Shown: positions 18,496 through 19,775 of the stretch, one piece after another | Layout of the letters: each line of letters begins with the position of its first letter | Position numbering within the stretch: position 1 is the stretch's first letter | Source of the DNA: a virus | Taxonomy: Duplodnaviria; Heunggongvirae; Uroviricota; Caudoviricetes | Strand: one strand, 5' to 3' | DNA: 19,775 bases | Virus record (IMG/VR): IMGVR_UViG_2563366917_000005 | Position numbers and translations under genes: made by a program | Notes under the pieces: generated by a model | What the model was told of the DNA's origin: nothing | What the model saw: the letters and a program-made list of their open reading frames with translations, nothing else | Databases searched by the model: none

Positions 18496-19164
18496 CTATT
18501 TTTTCCCTGAAGCGGAAAACATTACTACAGTACCTTGAACCTTGGTTTTAACATTCTCGAAATGCTCTGAGAGTATATGTGTTAAGCCTTCTTCGGAATC
18601 TTTTGTGTTTGAAAAGATGCCTTTCTGATTGTAAATGCGCATCAGTTTTTGACCGAAGCTATTGTGCACAACTCCATCGCCAAGAATTGTGGCTCCGTAT
18701 AGAGTTCCATCGTCAGTTAAGGCCTGCGCCGCATTGCGTATTACACAGCTTTTTGTAGATATATTTCCAGGCAGGCAGTGAAGAAGGTAAAACATGGAAA
18801 TGGAATCAAATTGACCATGTAACGCCGCGGGATAAGGATCAAAAACATCATGGCTAATTTTATGTTTAATTTTTGATTCCCCAGCCCTTGTCGATGCCGC
18901 GTTCAGGCTAGCTTCGTTCAAATCCATTAAAGATATCAGACTACTCTCAGGTACGTGAGTAAGGTAAAACCCAGTTCCAACACCAATATCCAGATGGTTG
19001 TTACCTACATGTTCCAGAAAGTGTGGAAGAAGGTGTTCCTTTGTAGGACATCCCCATGCAAGCCGATTTGATACTCCCAAAACCCACCAGTCATAAAGCT
19101 TTAGGGTAAGTGGTGTGTAAATTTTAGCCCCATCATCTGTGTTTTTTTTCATTGATTTCACCAT
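18496..19164 (-). CDS. Class I SAM-dependent methyltransferase-like protein (small-molecule or protein type, not a DNA methyltransferase); low-GC cargo gene
   Basis: 222 aa; Rossmann motif I LDIGVGTGFY, an acidic residue at the end of beta-2 (LISLMDLNE), a motif II-like DSISMFYLLHCLPG, and an N-terminal YDWW...AWG segment. No DPPY/NPPY or C5-methyltransferase motifs. Visibly AT-richer than the tail genes. The true start may be the second ATG (19152), given the promoter position. The arrangement recalls the DLP12 tfaD-ybcY-tfaX locus of E. coli K-12, as far as I remember it. Confidence 0.6.
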   Translation of the reverse strand: MVKSMKKNTDDGAKIYTPLTLKLYDWWVLGVSNRLAWGCPTKEHLLPHFLEHVGNNHLDIGVGTGFYLTHVPESSLISLMDLNEASLNAASTRAGESKIKHKISHDVFDPYPAALHGQFDSISMFYLLHCLPGNISTKSCVIRNAAQALTDDGTLYGATILGDGVVHNSFGQKLMRIYNQKGIFSNTKDSEEGLTHILSEHFENVKTKVQGTVVMFSASGKK

Positions 19165-19193
19165 GTTATAGTTTTATTTGTGAATTAAATCAA
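19165..19193 (-). promoter_or_regulatory. Putative sigma70 promoter for the methyltransferase-like gene: -35 TTGATT, 17 nt spacer, -10 TATAAC (minus strand)
   Basis: Reverse complement of 19188-19193 is TTGATT and of 19165-19170 is TATAAC. The -10 sits immediately next to the first ATG, implying a leaderless or very short-leader mRNA or use of the second ATG. Confidence 0.3.
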
Positions 19194-19220
19194 TTATGGC
19201 GATGAATTACAAGGGGTTAA

Positions 19221-19490
19221 ATGCTGCCGCAGCATAGCGATATTGAAATAGCCTGGTATGCTTCGATACAGCAGGAGCCGAATGGCTGGAAGACCGTCAC
19301 CACACAGTTCTACATCCAGGAATTCAGTGAGTATATTGCGCCACTGCAGGATGCTGTAGATCTGGAAATCGCAACGGAGGAAGAAAGATCGTTGCTGGAG
19401 GCATGGAATAAATATCGGGTATTGTTGAATCGTGTTGATACATCAACTGCACCTGATATTGAGTGGCCTGCAAATCCTGTCAGGGAGTAA
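19221..19490 (+). CDS. Tfa C-terminal paralog (chimeric 89 aa ORF: unique 37 aa N-terminus fused to the conserved Tfa C-terminal ~50 aa); possibly a gene fragment
   Basis: C-terminal [52 protein letters not shown] matches the Tfa C-terminus; RBS aagggg sits 5 nt before the ATG; the N-terminal part has no counterpart in tfa. Confidence 0.5.
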   Translation: MLPQHSDIEIAWYASIQQEPNGWKTVTTQFYIQEFSEYIAPLQDAVDLEIATEEERSLLEAWNKYRVLLNRVDTSTAPDIEWPANPVRE

Positions 19491-19540
19491 TCATTGGGAT
19501 TATGCCGCAGACACGTCGTATGCAGGAACGTGCTGCGGTT
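19326..19540 (+). repeat. Direct repeat copy B (~215 bp): tfa-like 3' end plus hairpin
   Basis: See copy A. The hairpin stems are conserved (ccgcag(a)cacgu / acgugcugcgg) while the loops differ. Confidence 0.8.
19505..19538. terminator. Hairpin B downstream of the tfa paralog (stem conserved with hairpin A, one bulged A, different loop)
   Basis: Stem at 19505-19516 and 19528-19538; weak U-tract. Confidence 0.35.
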
Positions 19541-19604
19541 AGTTTGTGAGCTTTCGATAGTGGTTGTTATTTTTGCCCTTATTTGTTCCGGAGGCCATGG
19601 TTCA

Positions 19605-19775
19605 ATGGTCCGTCTGCCCCCTGTGGTGATGTCAGCAAAATCAGCCACTGCGCGAACCACAATAGCCCGGGAAGATGCTGAAGATCACCAGGTAAAGCTA
19701 TCAGCGCAGAAACTGGAAGAACTGCTCGCATCAATGGTTAAGGATGAGGTTGATCGCAATGATGGGATTTATTGA
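19605..19775 (+). CDS. Hypothetical small protein (56 aa; MVRLPPVVMSAKSATARTT...), stop codon at the window end
   Basis: ORF with ggagg at 19590-19594 about 10 nt upstream of the ATG at 19605; charged, helical-looking C-terminus. No family recognised. Confidence 0.3.
   Translation: MVRLPPVVMSAKSATARTTIAREDAEDHQVKLSAQKLEELLASMVKDEVDRNDGIY

Noticed and set aside
18496-19164. Orphan DNA methyltransferase or restriction-modification remnant
   Set aside because: The protein has the SAM-binding Rossmann motifs but no DPPY/NPPY-type catalytic motif or C5-methyltransferase PCQ/ENV motifs, and is too small for a typical DNA methyltransferase with a target-recognition domain.
18276-19540. Diversity-generating retroelement (template/variable repeat pair) targeting the fibre chaperone
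   Set aside because: The mismatches between the two repeats are not restricted to adenine positions of either copy, and no reverse transcriptase gene is present in the window.
18276-19540. Pin/Gin/Cin-type invertible host-range switch
   Set aside because: The two tfa-derived repeats are direct, not inverted, and no serine recombinase gene or gix/cix-like crossover site is visible in the window.
1-19775. CRISPR arrays, tRNA or rRNA genes
   Set aside because: No regularly spaced short direct repeats and no tRNA-like cloverleaf candidates were noticed on reading; the repeats present are the coding repeats in stf and the tfa 3' duplication.

Overview
This window is the late (structural) region of a lambda-like prophage from an Enterobacteriaceae (E. 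coli-type) genome, all on the + strand and co-linear with phage lambda. The left edge is the 3' end of an IS21-family insertion sequence (istB), which has cut off all but the last ~37 codons of a gpD-like head decoration gene, so the prophage is probably defective. After that come major capsid E, FI, FII, and a complete tail module: Z, U, V, G and G-T (with the conserved -1 frameshift site GGGAAAG), tape measure H, M, L, K, I and J. Downstream are the lom outer-membrane moron, side tail fibre stf and tail fibre assembly tfa. Two places depart from the lambda blueprint and are the best candidates for something new. One is a ~343 bp AT-rich insert between I and J with a minus-strand promoter and terminator, suggesting a ~100 nt small RNA. 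The other is a low-GC, minus-strand SAM-dependent methyltransferase-like gene sitting between two ~215 bp direct repeats made of tfa 3' ends plus a hairpin. The stf and J genes are also mosaic. All identifications rest on my reading of the translations against remembered lambda proteins; no database search was run.
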